From: an uncultured Candidatus Saccharibacteria bacterium
GTDB taxonomy: Bacteria; Patescibacteriota; Saccharimonadia; Saccharimonadales; Saccharimonadaceae
Direction of reading: 5' to 3'
DNA: 64,000 nt
Assembly (NCBI GenBank): GCA_963528475.1
Contig: CAURVP010000002.1
Coordinates: forward strand, 3,187-67,186
Under the pieces are notes generated by a model. That model did no database searches, had not been told where the DNA came from, and was given only the letters and a program-made list of their open reading frames with translations. Within the stretch, counting starts at the first letter, position 1. Every line of letters begins with the position of its first letter. The translations under genes were made by a program, and so were the position numbers. Below, in pieces: positions 19,980-29,056 of the stretch.

Positions 19980-21746
19980 ATGATGTACACTTCTCCGCGC
20001 GCGCAGCGTCCGTACCCTCGACGCCGCAAGGCAACTATTGCCGAGAAACTTCGTTTTGCCGATTGGCGTGTGCCAGTGCTGCGTATTCGCTGGACACGGC
20101 GCAAAACATATATTACTATTGGTATTATTCTTGGGCTCAATGTGCTGTTCCAGCTGGTGTATCCAAGTGATCGATTGCTACCAAATGCGCGGATCGACGG
20201 TGTGTCGCTTGGTTGGCAGACAATGTCAGAAGCCACAGATACGCTTAATCAGGCGTACCAAGAACACTCCGTAAAGCTAGTGGGTGATGGCACAACCATC
20301 GCTTCGCCGACGATTGAGCAACTTGCTATTACAGTAGATAACACGGATCGGCTTGCGCAGGCGCAGTATCCCTTGCTGTGGCGAATTATGCCGTTGTCGT
20401 CGTTCTGGTGGCAGCCAGATGTGCCAAGTTCACCAAAATTAACAACTACGACGCGTACCGAGCAATATATTACTCAGACGATCATGCCAGTCTGTAAGCG
20501 TGCGCCAGTCGATGCGAGTCTCAAGGTCGAACATGGCAAGTTGGTGGTTAATCAAGCGCGGCGCGGTGGTGAGTGTCAGCGTGATGCGGTATCGCATAGT
20601 ATTGGTGCGATTAGCCCACGTCTTGCACAGGGCACGACCGTTGAGATCCCAATGCGCGGCATCGCCCCGGCTATTACAACCGATGCAGCGAAGGCGCTTG
20701 AGCAAAAAATCATAAAGGTTATCGGCAAGGGTGTCGCCCTTAAAGTAAACGACGAGACAGTGACATTGCCAGCGAATGAAGTTATTCAATGGGTTGTTGC
20801 TCAGCCAAAGGATAAGACATTAGTGGCGAGTGTTAGTGCATCACAGGCCTCCGGCTATCTCACAAAGCATGTCACGCCAAAGGTGAATATTGATCCAGGC
20901 ACCACGAAGGTTGCCACGTATGACCTCACCGAAACGTCACGTACAGATGGTAAACCAGGGCGCACGCTCGACATTGACGCAACTGCGCAGCAGCTCACGG
21001 AGTTTATTAATCAAACACGCCCACAGCCAGCTGCAGTAACGAAGACAGTGCCAGCCAAGGTAGAATATGACCGCAATTATAGCTCGACCGAAGACGGGCT
21101 CAACGCTCTTCTCAAACACTATGCTGAGGACCACCCCGGGACGTATGGTGTCTCATTCTTAGAAATTGATGGCAAGAAGCGCAATGCAAGCTACAATGGC
21201 AATAAGCAATTTGTCACTGCCAGTACATACAAACTATTTGTTGGTTATAGCGTGCTTCGGCGAGAGGAAGCGGCAGGCTGGCGCTGGGAGGACAACCAAG
21301 TTTGCTTCAATAAAATGATTAGCCAGAGCGATAACCCATGTGCAGAGAACTACCTTAAGGTTATTGGTTATGACGTTGTGACGAAGGATGTCAATGACAT
21401 TGGCTTCAAAGATACGACCTTCGCCAAGTCTGGCGGGCCATACACCACAGCAAATGATCTCGCACGCTTTATGGCAATGCTTGATGTAGGGCAGAACTTT
21501 AGTAGTGCCAACCGCGACCGATTCCTCTCTGCGCTCAAGGCTAATGTATATCGCAAGGGCATTCCTGCTGGCACGAATGGCACGGTGGCAAATAAGGTTG
21601 GGTTCTTGAATGGTCTCCTGCACGACGCAGCGATCGTCTATGGCTCGAACGGCAAATATGTGCTCGCCATCATGACAGATGGCAGTAGTTGGAACAATAT
21701 CGCTGAGCTAACTAAGCGGATCGAACAATTCCGTAGCCAGCCATAG
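19980..21746 (+). CDS. Membrane-anchored serine hydrolase (class A beta-lactamase / DD-peptidase-like C-terminal domain)
   Basis: N-terminal TM helix. The C-terminal domain has S-x-x-K (ASTYK), SDN (SQSDN) and K-x-G (KVGF) motifs. TGaTATAAT at 19965-19973 lies 6 nt before the ATG. Confidence 0.7.
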   Translation: MMYTSPRAQRPYPRRRKATIAEKLRFADWRVPVLRIRWTRRKTYITIGIILGLNVLFQLVYPSDRLLPNARIDGVSLGWQTMSEATDTLNQAYQEHSVKLVGDGTTIASPTIEQLAITVDNTDRLAQAQYPLLWRIMPLSSFWWQPDVPSSPKLTTTTRTEQYITQTIMPVCKRAPVDASLKVEHGKLVVNQARRGGECQRDAVSHSIGAISPRLAQGTTVEIPMRGIAPAITTDAAKALEQKIIKVIGKGVALKVNDETVTLPANEVIQWVVAQPKDKTLVASVSASQASGYLTKHVTPKVNIDPGTTKVATYDLTETSRTDGKPGRTLDIDATAQQLTEFINQTRPQPAAVTKTVPAKVEYDRNYSSTEDGLNALLKHYAEDHPGTYGVSFLEIDGKKRNASYNGNKQFVTASTYKLFVGYSVLRREEAAGWRWEDNQVCFNKMISQSDNPCAENYLKVIGYDVVTKDVNDIGFKDTTFAKSGGPYTTANDLARFMAMLDVGQNFSSANRDRFLSALKANVYRKGIPAGTNGTVANKVGFLNGLLHDAAIVYGSNGKYVLAIMTDGSSWNNIAELTKRIEQFRSQP

Positions 21747-21775
21747 CATAAAATGCCTATTTTGCGGCGTGACTC

Positions 21776-21805
21776 TTGACGAACCACCCCTTCAACCGGT
21801 ATACT
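21776..21805 (+). promoter_or_regulatory. Sigma70-type promoter of tRNA-Asn: TTGACG-N18-TATACT
   Basis: -35 at 21776-21781 and -10 at 21800-21805. The tRNA 5' end lies 10 nt downstream. Confidence 0.55.
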
Positions 21806-21815
21806 TACAGAGTAA

Positions 21816-21890
21816 TCCGGAGTAGCTCAGTGGTAGAGCGGGTCGCTGTTAACGATTAGGTCGCTGGTTCGAGCCCAGTCTCCGGAGCCA
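21816..21890 (+). tRNA. tRNA-Asn (anticodon GTT), CCA encoded
   Basis: Hand-folded cloverleaf: acceptor TCCGGAG/CTCCGGA, D stem GCTC/GAGC, anticodon loop CTGTTAA, T arm GCTGG-TTCGAGC-CCAGT, discriminator G, CCA. Confidence 0.9.
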
Positions 21891-21902
21891 CGATGTATGA
21901 TA

Positions 21903-21930
21903 AAGACCGATGAAAATCGGTCTTATTTTA
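21903..21930 (+). terminator. Terminator after tRNA-Asn
   Basis: AAGACCGAT, loop GAAA, ATCGGTCTT, then ATTTTA. Confidence 0.65.
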
Positions 21931-22005
21931 TTAAAGCGTATATCGCCCTTGAGTCGCAAAATTCAAATACCGAGAGACTAACCCTAGTAGACAAGCGAGC
22001 TTACA

Positions 22006-22785
22006 CTATAGTGTAAGCTCAACGACGACTGGGTAGTGGTCCGACGCTCGGTCTGATAGTGGTGTCTTGACGACATTGTATGAGGTTAATGCAGGCTGCA
22101 GATCCTTCGAGACAAAGATATAGTCAAGCCGGCTGGTTGGGTGATCGGGGTGTGGCGGCAGCGGTGTTGGAGCTGTCGAGATTGCTTGTTGTTGCAAAGC
22201 AGCTGCTGTATCGACAAGGCCTGCCTGTGCCATAAAACGAGTGACATCATGAACAATTGTGCCATCACGAGTAAATTTGCGCGTCAGGTTTGCATCAAAA
22301 GAATCTACCATATCAGGCGGATATGTATCATAAAACGAAAGTGAATTACAGTCACCCATAACGACAGTATGAGTACTATTCTCACCAATATGTTTGATAA
22401 GCCGGTGCACCTCTTGCAGTCGGTCAGCTTCGCATCGCGGTGAAAGATGAAGGCTACCAATAGAGAAAATGTGGTTGTTTATTTGAACGCGGCTTACTAA
22501 GAGTGATCGGCTACATGGGTAGAGCAATGTTGCATCCAGGATAGGATACCTGGATAGCAATGCTGTATGATACCACGACCCATCACCGCAGAGTGCAAGG
22601 TGAGTATAGGGTATAGCGGTTTGTTCTGAGACGTATGCAAGGCGTTTTCTTGTGTCGTTCTCGAAGCCGTTTGCTTCGTTGAGCGTCAGGATATCTGGCT
22701 TTGCTTCGTTGATAACTGCAATAACGTCATCGATCGTTGTCTCGGCACCATTGTAGATGTTGTATGTCATGAATGTTAATTTCAT
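22006..22785 (-). CDS. Endonuclease/exonuclease/phosphatase (EEP) family protein
   Basis: MTYNIYNG...PDILTLNEAN N-terminal block and a C-terminal SDHYPV block. Confidence 0.8.
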   Translation of the reverse strand: MKLTFMTYNIYNGAETTIDDVIAVINEAKPDILTLNEANGFENDTRKRLAYVSEQTAIPYTHLALCGDGSWYHTALLSRYPILDATLLYPCSRSLLVSRVQINNHIFSIGSLHLSPRCEADRLQEVHRLIKHIGENSTHTVVMGDCNSLSFYDTYPPDMVDSFDANLTRKFTRDGTIVHDVTRFMAQAGLVDTAAALQQQAISTAPTPLPPHPDHPTSRLDYIFVSKDLQPALTSYNVVKTPLSDRASDHYPVVVELTL

Positions 22786-22815
22786 ATAGGGAACTTCCTC
22801 TACTAATTAATTTAA

Positions 22816-25017
22816 TCAATGATTTACAGCTTGGTATAACCGCTCAGCCTGCATCATTACCACGCGAGCGGTCGAAGGGCGGATATTCATAAAGATACGC
22901 CATGGGTTATGAGATGAAGTTGCGTTAGCTCGTGGGAGAGCGAGTGGCTGCAAGCCGTACTTGCCTGTCAGCGCAGCAATCCACGCCAATGGTGTCTTGC
23001 CATAAAGCCCTTCTTCGCTAGCAGAGCCGTCCATGCGCCATGCAGCGTAGGTTTGAGTAATCGTGGTGGTATCGTCTGGGTGAAGAGAATAGCGCTGGGC
23101 GCTGCTGCGAGTAAGTATCTCATTAGCATATGGAGGTGTATCCACGCCAGGTGCAACGATAGCAGTAAAGACATTGAGTGGTGTGCCATTTGCCTCTGCC
23201 GCGGCGTTGATCATATGCAGAGCAGCAAGTACAGCATAATCTTGATCTGGTGATGATGTCGTGGCATCCATCGTAGTATTGGCACGGTAGAGTACATCAC
23301 CACCGGTGTCGATGCCACAAATCGCATCAGCTCCCGTCTCGCGGATGAGAATCTGCAGGTCGTGAGCAATCTGCTCCGGCTCGATTGAATTAAGCAGATA
23401 AACTGGTGCGATTGTCTCGTCCTTAGCAATAATATCCTCGAGGAAGCGCCAGTCACCAACTTTGGTTGTTTCCTTCGTAATCTCTACTGTTGCATTGCTA
23501 ACCTGCCGGCCAGTATGAGCAAGCTGCTTGTTGTTATCGGCGGCGAAGTTGCGCACCGACACGATAGCTGTAGGCTGCACGGCATAGTGCTGCTGATGAA
23601 GCTTACTTAGCATAGCAGCCTGGATACCATCCGAGCCACCACCCATCCCAAGGTAGATGATCCGTTTGCCGCGTAGCTTCTCAGAGTCAAACGCTGGGAG
23701 TGAATCGATAGCAAGCTCCGGTATGCCCTGATATTCTGGCACAAGCGTCTCGCCGCTGTGGCGAAAGCGCAGCTCAGCGTGGTGTGGATCAAGCGTGCCT
23801 TGGTTAGCGGCTTGGGCGATAGTACTGAGGTCTGCCGTGACAACACCTGTCTCGTCTGCTTTACGCGCTGCTTTGTCGGCAATGTGCGCCTCTTGCAAGA
23901 CATGAGCAAAGTAGGTGAGCGCCGTGCTGAGGTTATGATGTTTCTCAAGCCCCTTCAGCAGGGCTGGGCCGTAGTAAGGCAGAGTCGCGCGCTGATGAAT
24001 ACCATCATTGCTGAGCTCTTGAGCAAGAATAGCTTGTACAGGGCCAGGTAGCGTATCTAGCGCCTCGGTCAGTTGCTGATACTCTTCTGGCGAATCGTAG
24101 CGTAGCATACAAGCAAGGCGCACAGTGTGAGTATGTGCTTGGCTGTTGATGAGCTGCTCAATAGCATCGTTATCGAGGCCAAAGCGCTGTGCTCGCTGAG
24201 CGAGGTAGTGAGCGTAGCGTGCGTTGTCGGTCGGGAGGGTGCTATCGGTTAAGACATCGCAGGCTGCTGCCATTTGGTTGTACATAGGAGAAGTGAGGAG
24301 TAGAGAGCTCTCGGTATTAACATGTCCCAGTGCGCCAGCAATATCAAACAAGGTATGCATAATATAGAGCGAGCGCACTGGCTCAGCACTATCCGCAAAG
24401 CCTGCCAGCGCTGCCGGTGGTGCCTCTGCTTGGATAAACTGGCCAAGATTGAGTTCTGTGTTGATGACATCGCGTATGATCGTTTGGTCTGCTTCGCTTA
24501 ATTGGCTGAATGTCGGTAATAACTCTGTGCGCTTTGCAGCGTAATCTGACCTGAGCAAGCGGCGCAACACTTCGTCATGATCGACCGAATCAGCGGCATC
24601 CTCTCCCATAAAGGCACTCGCGAGCGTTTGGTTCTTGCCTAAATCATGAATAAGCATAATATAGCGCATTACATTGGCGCTATGCTCGCCAGGCAAGCTG
24701 CTCGCAACCCACTGATGAAATTCTTCAAATTCTTCGCGCGTGAGGTGATTGGTGTCGTTCTGGCCAGCGGTCAGTTTGTGATAATTCTCATCGCCGCCAT
24801 AATATAGGTAGTCCATAACGTTGAGTGAGCAGACAGTTCGTTGATATTCTGCGCGCTGATTGGCTGCTTCGTCTGCCCCTTGTGACTCTGGTGAGGCTTT
24901 GATATGTTCGCCGATCAGCAGCTTCGCCTCAGGAAGCTGCAGGACGTCAAGCCGCTGCTCCAGATCGAGTGGACTTGAAGAGAGAGAGGTGTTGTTAGGA
25001 AGAAATGGTTGTTGCAT
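22816..25017 (-). CDS. Large hypothetical protein: N-terminal HD-like domain plus C-terminal DUF1152-like domain
   Basis: Start set to ATG 25017 (MQQPFL), 6 nt after a minus-strand TACACT (25024-25029). IMLIHDLGKNQ resembles the HD-domain LLHDIGK block. C-terminal YLGMGGGSDG and ICGIDTGGDVLY resemble the paired GGGxD motifs I associate with DUF1152. Low-confidence family recall. Confidence 0.4.
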   Translation of the reverse strand: MQQPFLPNNTSLSSSPLDLEQRLDVLQLPEAKLLIGEHIKASPESQGADEAANQRAEYQRTVCSLNVMDYLYYGGDENYHKLTAGQNDTNHLTREEFEEFHQWVASSLPGEHSANVMRYIMLIHDLGKNQTLASAFMGEDAADSVDHDEVLRRLLRSDYAAKRTELLPTFSQLSEADQTIIRDVINTELNLGQFIQAEAPPAALAGFADSAEPVRSLYIMHTLFDIAGALGHVNTESSLLLTSPMYNQMAAACDVLTDSTLPTDNARYAHYLAQRAQRFGLDNDAIEQLINSQAHTHTVRLACMLRYDSPEEYQQLTEALDTLPGPVQAILAQELSNDGIHQRATLPYYGPALLKGLEKHHNLSTALTYFAHVLQEAHIADKAARKADETGVVTADLSTIAQAANQGTLDPHHAELRFRHSGETLVPEYQGIPELAIDSLPAFDSEKLRGKRIIYLGMGGGSDGIQAAMLSKLHQQHYAVQPTAIVSVRNFAADNNKQLAHTGRQVSNATVEITKETTKVGDWRFLEDIIAKDETIAPVYLLNSIEPEQIAHDLQILIRETGADAICGIDTGGDVLYRANTTMDATTSSPDQDYAVLAALHMINAAAEANGTPLNVFTAIVAPGVDTPPYANEILTRSSAQRYSLHPDDTTTITQTYAAWRMDGSASEEGLYGKTPLAWIAALTGKYGLQPLALPRANATSSHNPWRIFMNIRPSTARVVMMQAERLYQAVNH

Positions 25018-25023
25018 AGCATT

Positions 25024-25029
25024 AGTGTA
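25024..25029 (-). promoter_or_regulatory. -10 box TACACT, 6 nt before ATG 25017 (leaderless candidate)
   Basis: The minus strand reads CTCTACACTaatgctATG. Confidence 0.35.
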
Positions 25030-25074
25030 GAGGATTACACAGCGGAATGGTAGCATGAGCGGTTTATAAAGACC

Positions 25075-26529
25075 CTACTGCTTATATTGAGAGTATGACT
25101 CGCCAGCGCTGAGGGGATGGCCAAATAGGTTCTTGACCGTGACAAATCTGTACCCTTGCTTTTGTAATGCATCGAGGATACACGGCACGGCATCGACGCT
25201 GGTTTTGTGGATATCGTGCATGAGAATAATCGCACCAGGTGCGGCATTGGCAATGGCACGGCTGCAGACAATTGCTGCATCGTGATCGGCCCAATCACGT
25301 GTATCGATTGACCACATGATGGCTGGCATAGTAAGCTGCTGGAGCTGCGCACGCACCTTGTCATTCATGCCACCATATGGTGGACGGACCATTGTTGGTG
25401 TCACGCCAGTAGCTGCAGCAACGGCACTGTTTGTACTCTCAATCTCTTGGCGGATGACAGCTTCGTCGCGCTTAGGAAGGAGTGGATGATTCCACGTGTG
25501 GTTGCCTATTTGATGTTTGCGTTGAACTGCTTGCTGGAGCGCGATACTGTATGGTGCAACATTTCGCCCCACCACAAAGAAGGTTGCCTTAGCATGATAG
25601 CGATCAAGATGCTCGAGTAGTGTTTGCGTGTATAACCCAGGCCCATCGTCGAAGGTGAGTGCAATACAGCGATAACGCACGCAGTCGGTTGATGATGATA
25701 ATGCTGATGGTGGAATATCAAAAAGCCTCTTGGTGGTTGGGTTTTGGATAAAATGGCTGAGCTGCTTGATTGGCAATTTCAGGCTAATGATTCCATCTAC
25801 ACCAATACCAAGCGAGCGTTTATCGAAGAGAAAGCCAATTGTTTTTCGGTCGTGTACTAAAAAGTTCGTGATAGATTCTGGAGTAATGACTCCCGCTACT
25901 TTTACTGGCTCTGCATGCGGGTAGCGCTGCTGCACCTGTTTACGTAGAGCAATAACAAGCTCATTTGTCCCTGCGATTGATGTATCAACGAGGGCAGACG
26001 ATGTAATTGGCTGGCCGCTCATTTTATCGAATGTCCAGTAGTGAACCGTGTTGGTTGGTAGAGTGTGAGGTATAGTAGTACGGATAAACACAGCGAGAGA
26101 AATCGTCGTGTCATCTTGGTGAATAATGCGATAGGTAATGGTGTTGCTTCGAGCTGCTACATCAGTTGAAGTTATTTGTTGAGATGGAATTGCACTATCG
26201 ATGATTGTGGCAACCGTTTTGTCTATGTTGGCAATGCCTGTTTGTGGATAGGTAATGATTGTTTGGTGCGATGCCGATTGATGCTTCATGATGCGTGAGC
26301 GAACAGCACCACGAGAAGATAGTGTGTAAGTGTGCGTTGTTGATGGTGGTATATGTGTGATGTGTGATGATTCTTGTGATTGTTGGCCATACCAAAGTGA
26401 GCAGATTAGTAGACTAGTAATAATAAGGCAGAGCCATGTATAAAAAAAGCCGCGAGGTTTTGTAGGTGTTGTATCACTTTCAACACCTGAATACACTTGA
26501 GCATCTGTCTCTTCCACCTTATAGAACAT
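25075..26529 (-). CDS. Membrane-anchored polysaccharide deacetylase (NodB domain) with N-terminal accessory domain
   Basis: ALTFDDGP, GNHTWNHP and PPYG motifs. Start set to ATG 26529 (MFYKVEE), 6 nt after a minus-strand TACAAT (26536-26541). Confidence 0.85.
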   Translation of the reverse strand: MFYKVEETDAQVYSGVESDTTPTKPRGFFYTWLCLIITSLLICSLWYGQQSQESSHITHIPPSTTHTYTLSSRGAVRSRIMKHQSASHQTIITYPQTGIANIDKTVATIIDSAIPSQQITSTDVAARSNTITYRIIHQDDTTISLAVFIRTTIPHTLPTNTVHYWTFDKMSGQPITSSALVDTSIAGTNELVIALRKQVQQRYPHAEPVKVAGVITPESITNFLVHDRKTIGFLFDKRSLGIGVDGIISLKLPIKQLSHFIQNPTTKRLFDIPPSALSSSTDCVRYRCIALTFDDGPGLYTQTLLEHLDRYHAKATFFVVGRNVAPYSIALQQAVQRKHQIGNHTWNHPLLPKRDEAVIRQEIESTNSAVAAATGVTPTMVRPPYGGMNDKVRAQLQQLTMPAIMWSIDTRDWADHDAAIVCSRAIANAAPGAIILMHDIHKTSVDAVPCILDALQKQGYRFVTVKNLFGHPLSAGESYSQYKQ

Positions 26530-26535
26530 AGCTAT

Positions 26536-26541
26536 ATTGTA
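26536..26541 (-). promoter_or_regulatory. -10 box TACAAT, 6 nt before ATG 26529 (leaderless candidate)
   Basis: The minus strand reads GCTACAATatagctATG. Confidence 0.4.
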
Positions 26542-26623
26542 GCGCGAACCGAGGTAAGAACAAAATGGGATAAGCGGAGTCTGATACAAAAGACATTATA
26601 AAATAGAATATGCACTACTTTAT

Positions 26624-26664
26624 GTTCATTGCAAAATACCCCATTGGGGTATTTTGCAATGAAC
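26624..26664. repeat. 41-bp perfect palindrome (20-bp arms, 1-nt centre)
   Basis: GTTCATTGCAAAATACCCCA t TGGGGTATTTTGCAATGAAC, in the divergent intergenic region between the deacetylase operon and the Pnkp-like gene. Confidence 0.9.
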
Positions 26665-26830
26665 TATTAATAAATATCATTCATAAAATAAGATAAAATT
26701 GCTACATACCCCTAGTGAGGTAGAAGCCTTTTCTAACAGATGATGATATAATATAAAAACAAGAGTAAATTACTTGAGTTAGATATAGTTAAGCGAAATC
26801 TTGAAAACAACGCTACAGAAAGGAGAAAAT

Positions 26831-29017
26831 ATGCGACATCTTTTTATTACACGTGGAATTCCTGGATCTGGTAAAAGCACCTTTTTGCAATCTGCTGGGC
26901 TTGGCCCATATACACTATCTCCTGATACTCTGCGCCTAGCGTATAGCAGCCCAGTGATGAATGATGCAGGACGCATCGTTATGCCATATCAGGATGATCG
27001 ACGGGTGTGGCAGCAGCTTCACGAGTTGCTTGATATGCGCATGGCTCGTGGTGAGCTTATTGTGGTTGATGCAACACATACAGCGAGCTCGTACTTTCAG
27101 CAGTATGCTCAGCTTGCGCGGAAGTATCGCTACAAGCTGTACGTTATAGATTTTGCGGATGTGCCTCTCAAAGTTTGTCTGGAGCGCAATCGTCAGCGTG
27201 CACCACATAAGATGGTCGATGATGTAGTTCTCGAGAAAATGCACGCTCGTCTCTCCACGTGTGCCATACCAAAACAATACACTGTCATACAACCAGCGGC
27301 AGTAAAAGAGCTTATCGCATCGTACCAGAAACCGATTAATTTGAGCCAGTATGAGCATATTCATCACATTGGTGATATCCAAGGATGCTATACGCCACTG
27401 CGCGAATATTTCGAGCAGCACCCCTATACCGAGCACGATTATTATATCTTTACAGGAGACCTACTTGATCGCGGTACAGAGAATGCAGAAGTGTTGCAGT
27501 ATGTGTGTGATAATTTTGTTGACAAGCCAAATGTGACGTTTATTGAGGGTAACCATGATGGTTATATTTGGCAGTGGCTTACTCACCAGCCGATAAGAGC
27601 GCGAGAGTTTAATGGCCGAACTCGAGCGCAGCTAGAGCGTGCCAATATAGATAAGCGTGCTGTTAGTCGCTTGATGAACTCCATGCAAGATTGCCTCTAC
27701 TACACATGGCATGATAAGCGGGTATTTGTGAGTCATGCGGGAGTGAGCAATTTACCAGAGAATCCTCTGCTGCTTGCTAGTCAGCAGTATATTCGTGGTG
27801 TGGGGCGCTATGATCAAGTTGGTGCTATTGACGATGCTTTTGTTGCTCACACCTCTGATAATATCTATCAAGTGCATGGTCATCGCAATGCTCAGAATTA
27901 TCCAGCACAGTATAATCAGCGGTGCTTTAATCTCGAGGGCAAAGTGGAGTTTGGTGGCACGCTACGGGTTGCTCAGCTTGCCGAGGAGGGTTGGTCGGTC
28001 GTTGAGGTAAGCAACCAGTCGGCTGAAGGCATCCTCCATCCGGAAAACGCACCGCTCATCCATGGTCTGCGTGCCAATAAACTGATTAGTGAACGGTCAC
28101 TGCCGGGTAATATTAGCTCATTTCACTTTAAACCAAAGGTGTTTTATGACAAAAAATGGACGGCGCAAACAGTGCGAGCTCGTGGACTATTTATGAATAC
28201 ACTGACGAACGAGATTGTAATTCGCGCCTATAACAAATTCTTCAATATTGGTGAGCGACGAGAAACTGAATTTGCTGCGCTCAAAGATCAACTTGTTTTT
28301 CCAGTGCGTGCCTGGGTGAAGGAGAATGGTTATCTTGGCTTGGTAGGCTATGATGCGACACTGGGTGACCTCGTTTTTGCGTCGAAAACAACAACGGAGA
28401 GTGAATTTGCTGGGTGGTTTCGCCGCTTGTTTTTGCAGCGCTATGGTAAGCATGTCGATGCGATCCGTCAGTATCTTGCCGAGCACAATGTTTGTTTGGT
28501 CTGCGAGGTGATACTCCCGACAGAGGATCCACACATTATCGAGTATGCACAAGACCGGATTGTTTTGCTCGATATAGTGCATCGCCAGGCGAAATTTGCC
28601 GCAGTTGACCAAGTTGAGCGTGAGCGATTTGCGGCTATGTTTGGCATGGAGACCAAGCGGCTTGCGGCGACGCTCCAGACCTGGGAGGAGTTTGCGGCCT
28701 GGTATGAGCAGGTGCAGGGGCTTGACTACTTGTATGACGGTGTACCAATCGAGGGCTTTGTAATAGAGGATGCTCGGCATTGGCAGGTCAAAGCCAAACT
28801 TGATTATTACTCATTTTGGAAGCGGATGCGTGGTGTGCTTGATGGACTTAAGGAGGGGCGCAGGCCAAGGCGTGCCGCTGCCTACCCGTATCCTGAGTAT
28901 GCAGCACGTGTCATTGCCTATATGCAGGGCATCCCTACTGATGTGTTGGCTCAGATGTCTATTATAGATGTCCGTCGCCGCTGGCAGCGAGAGCAAGAAA
29001 AAGAAAAAGCCGTATAG
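26831..29017 (+). CDS. Pnkp-like trifunctional protein: P-loop polynucleotide kinase, calcineurin-type phosphoesterase, RNA-ligase-like nucleotidyltransferase
   Basis: Start at MRHLFITRGIPGSGKST after SD aaaggag. The phosphoesterase blocks are GDIQG, GDLLDRG, GNHD and HGH. A C-terminal KENGYLG is a ligase motif I candidate. The domain order matches bacterial Pnkp. Confidence 0.7.
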   Translation: MRHLFITRGIPGSGKSTFLQSAGLGPYTLSPDTLRLAYSSPVMNDAGRIVMPYQDDRRVWQQLHELLDMRMARGELIVVDATHTASSYFQQYAQLARKYRYKLYVIDFADVPLKVCLERNRQRAPHKMVDDVVLEKMHARLSTCAIPKQYTVIQPAAVKELIASYQKPINLSQYEHIHHIGDIQGCYTPLREYFEQHPYTEHDYYIFTGDLLDRGTENAEVLQYVCDNFVDKPNVTFIEGNHDGYIWQWLTHQPIRAREFNGRTRAQLERANIDKRAVSRLMNSMQDCLYYTWHDKRVFVSHAGVSNLPENPLLLASQQYIRGVGRYDQVGAIDDAFVAHTSDNIYQVHGHRNAQNYPAQYNQRCFNLEGKVEFGGTLRVAQLAEEGWSVVEVSNQSAEGILHPENAPLIHGLRANKLISERSLPGNISSFHFKPKVFYDKKWTAQTVRARGLFMNTLTNEIVIRAYNKFFNIGERRETEFAALKDQLVFPVRAWVKENGYLGLVGYDATLGDLVFASKTTTESEFAGWFRRLFLQRYGKHVDAIRQYLAEHNVCLVCEVILPTEDPHIIEYAQDRIVLLDIVHRQAKFAAVDQVERERFAAMFGMETKRLAATLQTWEEFAAWYEQVQGLDYLYDGVPIEGFVIEDARHWQVKAKLDYYSFWKRMRGVLDGLKEGRRPRRAAAYPYPEYAARVIAYMQGIPTDVLAQMSIIDVRRRWQREQEKEKAV

Positions 29018-29056
29018 CCGTATTACCAACCGTACCCTTCGCGGTATAATAGAAGT

